Below are positions 60,230 through 64,000 of a stretch of 64,000 nucleotides of DNA, piece after piece. The notes below the pieces were generated by a model. It made no database searches. It was not told where the DNA came from and saw only the letters and a program-made list of their open reading frames with translations. The position numbers were made by a program, and so were the translations under genes. Origin of the DNA: Isurus oxyrinchus (taxonomy: Eukaryota); contig JANJGN010000026.1 of assembly GCA_026770705.1 (NCBI GenBank), positions 682,001 to 746,000 on the forward strand, given 5' to 3'. The stretch's first letter is position 1. Every line of letters begins with the position of its first letter.

Positions 60230-63200
60230 TCATAGCTCCAGACATCCACGAATGGTTCCAACATATTGGAAGGTAGCAAATGCAGCAGTGATTTTCAAAA
60301 AATGATGGAATGAGAAAACAGGGCACGACAGGCAAATTGATATGAGGTAAAAATACACCGGGGAAGTGCTGAAATCTAGTAAAAAGGAAATATAAATAAA
60401 GGAGAGCTAATAAGCGTAGCACACCAGGAATTTCAAAAGAACTTATTTAACATGACGCACAAAAGAATAATATGCACAAGAAGCACACTTGGAGTTTGCT
60501 GTAATATTTTACAATGGATAGAAGATTTGTTAATGGTGGGTAAGTGGTGAGTAGGCATATATGGAGCAATTACAATTTGGCAGGTTGTGCCCCGTGGATT
60601 GCTGCAAGGATCATTGCTGATGCCTCAGCTTTTGCAACCTATTTTAATAATGTGGGCGAAGACACAGTGAATTATGCATCTACGTTTGCTTACCATACAA
60701 ACCTAGGAGGAAATGTAAACTATGAGGAAGTCACGGGGAGACTGTAAAGAAATTTAAACAGGGTAAGTGAATGCACAAGATAGCAGATGGAGAATAATGT
60801 GCTGAATGCGATGGTCGTAAGATATTAAAGCAGATTTTTTAAAACGGCGTGAACCCTATACATTTTGATGTGCAGAAATACTTGGGTGTGCTCCCACAAG
60901 GAACACAGGAAGTTATAATGTAGCTGAATCAAGCAATTAGGATGACAAATGGCACGTTTATCTTGCTTGCAAGAGCATTGTGATACATGAAAAAAGAAGT
61001 CTTGCTACAACTGTACCGGGTGTTCTTGACACCATACCTGAAATATTGTGTGCATTCTCCGCCTCTATATTTAAGGAAGTATATCCCTGCATTGGAGGCA
61101 GTAAAACAAATGTTAACTAAAATGGGCCCCCGGAATGCCAAGGTTGTCCTCTGAAAAGAATTCCAGTAAATTGAGCCTTTGTTCTCTTAGTTTTGAAGAG
61201 CATGGGGTGATTTCATTTAAACGTACGATATACTAAAAGTGTTTAACACTGAGAGATTGTTTCAGCTGATTGGAGAACCTAAATCATGTTGGCATAGTCA
61301 CTGGATAAGGAGTGATCGTTTAAAATGTAAATGCGGAGAACTTTCTCCATTCAAATTTTTCTCAATCTTGGGAACTGTCGTTAATTCTCTATAGTTGCAC
61401 ATATTTATGGTTAGCATATGCAAATTGTTGGTCTCTCTGGAGATTGAGGTATGTAGGCAATGGGCAGGAAGGTGGAGTTGAATCCAAATATCTGTCATTA
61501 TCTTACTAAATTGCGGATCAGGGTCGACGGAAGGTATGGTCTACCCCTTCCCCTAACTCCTGTGTTCTTGATCGCTTGATCGCTGTTGGGAGCTACTGTT
61601 TGTGATATTCTACTGCAACGGTTTAGCCCTTTTGTGTGAGGTTCCTTTGTTTTCTGAATTCAAACCTTAAGCCATTTCATGTAAACAGGTTCTGCCTCCA
61701 TGGAACAATATTCAAAGATTTCACAACAAAATATTGCTGCACTGATATCACAGTACACAACTTTCCAATGACACACACCTAACATAAGCGGAATGAATAA
61801 AGTTGTTAAATAAATTCATGGTATCACAGAATGGTTACTGCATAGAAAGGGGCCCTTCGGCCTCTCATGCCCACACAACCCTCTGTATGAACAATTGAGC
61901 GAGTAAAGCTCCTCTTGCTTTCATCTGAGTGCGTGCATGTTTCCCGTGACACAACATAATCCAATTCTCGTTTGAAAGGCAGAATTATTATTGCATCTAT
62001 CTCACTCTCAGGCAGGATATTACAGACCCTAAGGCCACACTTGGTGAAGAAAAACTTCCTCATGGCGCCATTGCTTTCTTAGCCAATTATCTTCATTAAG
62101 TGCCCTCAGTTTCTCGATCCCGTCAACTATGGGAGCTGCTCCTCCTTATCTACTCTATCTCGAACACTCATGATTCTGGAAACCTCTATAAAGTATCCAC
62201 AAAACATTCTCTACACGAACAATAATACCACCACCTTCTGAAGTGTCCCTATGTAAATGACATTTCTTTATGACTGGCTACATTCTCAAAATGTTTTCTC
62301 GATCCTCTCCAATGCCTTCAAATTGTTCATTAATTGTGGTGCCCATAACTGGAGGCAGTACTGCAGCTGAGGCCAAACCAAAGTTTTACACATGATACTC
62401 TAAGTTCCGTGTTGTTGTACACTATGTCCCAATTGATGATGTTCAGGATCCTGTATACTTTGCTAAACACACTCTCAACCTGTCCTGTCTACGTCAACGA
62501 TTAGAGCACATGTACTCCAAGGATCTTCTGTTCCTTAATTTGTATGGCCTTTCCAAGTTCTTCTAACCAAAATTCGTCATACCAAAATTCTCCGCATTCT
62601 CTTGCATCTACCACTTGTCTGGACATTGTACGAACCTGTGTATGCCCTTTGAAGTTTAATACAAATCACCTCATAATTTAGAATGCTTCCAGGTTTTGTG
62701 GCATCCGCAAATTTTGTAAGTGTGCTCTGTTAGCCAATGTCTAGGCGATTAATATACATTGAAGAGAGCGGGGGCACTAACGCGGACTGCTGGGAGCCCC
62801 ATTCTAAATCCTTTTCCTGTCACACAGCCAATTTCGTATCCATGTTGTTATTTTTAATTTTACTCCTTCAGCTCTAAATTTGCTCACTTGTCTGCTGTGT
62901 GGCACTTTATCAAAAGCATTTTGGAGGTTCATGTACACCACATCAATCATATTATCCTCATATACCCTCTATGCTACCTCACGAAAAAACTCAAATAAGT
63001 TAATTAAACAAATCTATACTGGCTCTGCTTAATAAAACATTCTGTTAAAATTCTCCTGAATCGAAGGATCTCAGTTCCTCCCGTCATTTAAGTTAAATTG
63101 ACTGGTCTGTTTTTGCTATGTTTGTTCTTATTCCAAATACCGTTATGTTGTTTACAATTCTCAAGTAACCTGGCACGACACCTGCATCGAAAGGGGCTTA

Positions 63201-63300
63201 AAAGATTATGACAAGTGCGTCTGCAATCTCCACTTTTGCTTCTCTCAATGTTCTTAGACACATCACATCTGGTGCTGTTCAGTTATAATTTTTAAATAAG
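60230..63300. mobile_element. Two old CR1 fragments (+ ~60230-61570; - ~61820-63300)
   Basis: Degenerate RT/C-terminal motifs and 3' UTRs, oriented tail to tail. Confidence 0.7.
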
Positions 63301-64000
63301 CTTATCTATTGCCGGTTCATTATCATTTTTTTTTTAAATCAATTGTTCCTTCCCTCCCCTTCTTACTCGGTAAAAACAAATGGAAACAACTCAGACACTC
63401 CCTCAAACACGCTGATGTATGTTATGACGTAGATGATGATGTAACACTGACATTCTTCAGGCACGTGTTAGGCTTTCTCAAGCAAGAATGGAATAATATC
63501 TATGAGATTCCTATCTAATCTATAACCTGTTCAGAAGTGGTACCAATGATCAATTATTAAGCAGACACCAGAGTGTGTCTATAGTATGCCTAAGAACAAA
63601 GTCCCACACGAATAATCCAAGACAGAAGGACCCGGTCTCGGAACAGAGGCTTGCTTGGAACTACTCCTGGTTTTCTAACTTTGACTGAACGTCTAATGTT
63701 ACGCCGGTCGGGCCACAGCATGTTGCAATGAAATTCCCTGCATGCAGTAGTTTCACTGTTTTGGAGGAATTGTGCTTGAGAGCTATATTGGTGCAAGCAG
63801 CACAGTTGACAATTATTCGGCTCACATGGCATCTGAATTTGCATTTCTAAATGTGCTGAGAAAACACCGGTACAATAGTAGCCTATGGAGTAAATAAAGT
63901 TCCAGAAAACAATTAAAGGTGTAAAGTCAAGCCTAAAATCTGAAGGCGATGCAATTCCAGCCTTGGCACAGCGGTATAGAATCCAAAGAAAGATGTTGTT

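Overview
Eukaryotic, repeat-rich DNA from a cartilaginous fish (shark). The + strand carries the constant region of an IgNAR heavy-chain-only antibody gene: five intact Ig C exons (C1 4952-5266, C2 8814-9119, C3 9231-9548, C4 13507-13827, C5 plus secretory tailpiece 14271-14653), a polyA site, and membrane exons TM1/TM2 (19334-19491, 19626-19646). V/D/J segments are not visible and presumably lie upstream. The 3' flank containing the TM exons (~14.3 kb, 18883-33226) recurs as a diverged second copy (37160-52279; 87% identity over the TM1 exon) whose TM1 carries a stop codon. The second copy is cut off by a decayed endogenous retrovirus (~52280-59187) with a retroviral integrase, a PPT and 3' LTR, and an envelope that resembles paramyxovirus fusion (F) protein, i.e. 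lokiretrovirus-like. That env is preceded by Ig-like and mucin-like segments. The rest is CR1/L2-type LINE debris, MITE-like elements, a degenerate Penelope-type hammerhead motif and one assembly gap. All assignments are by eye and from recalled sequences; no database search was run.
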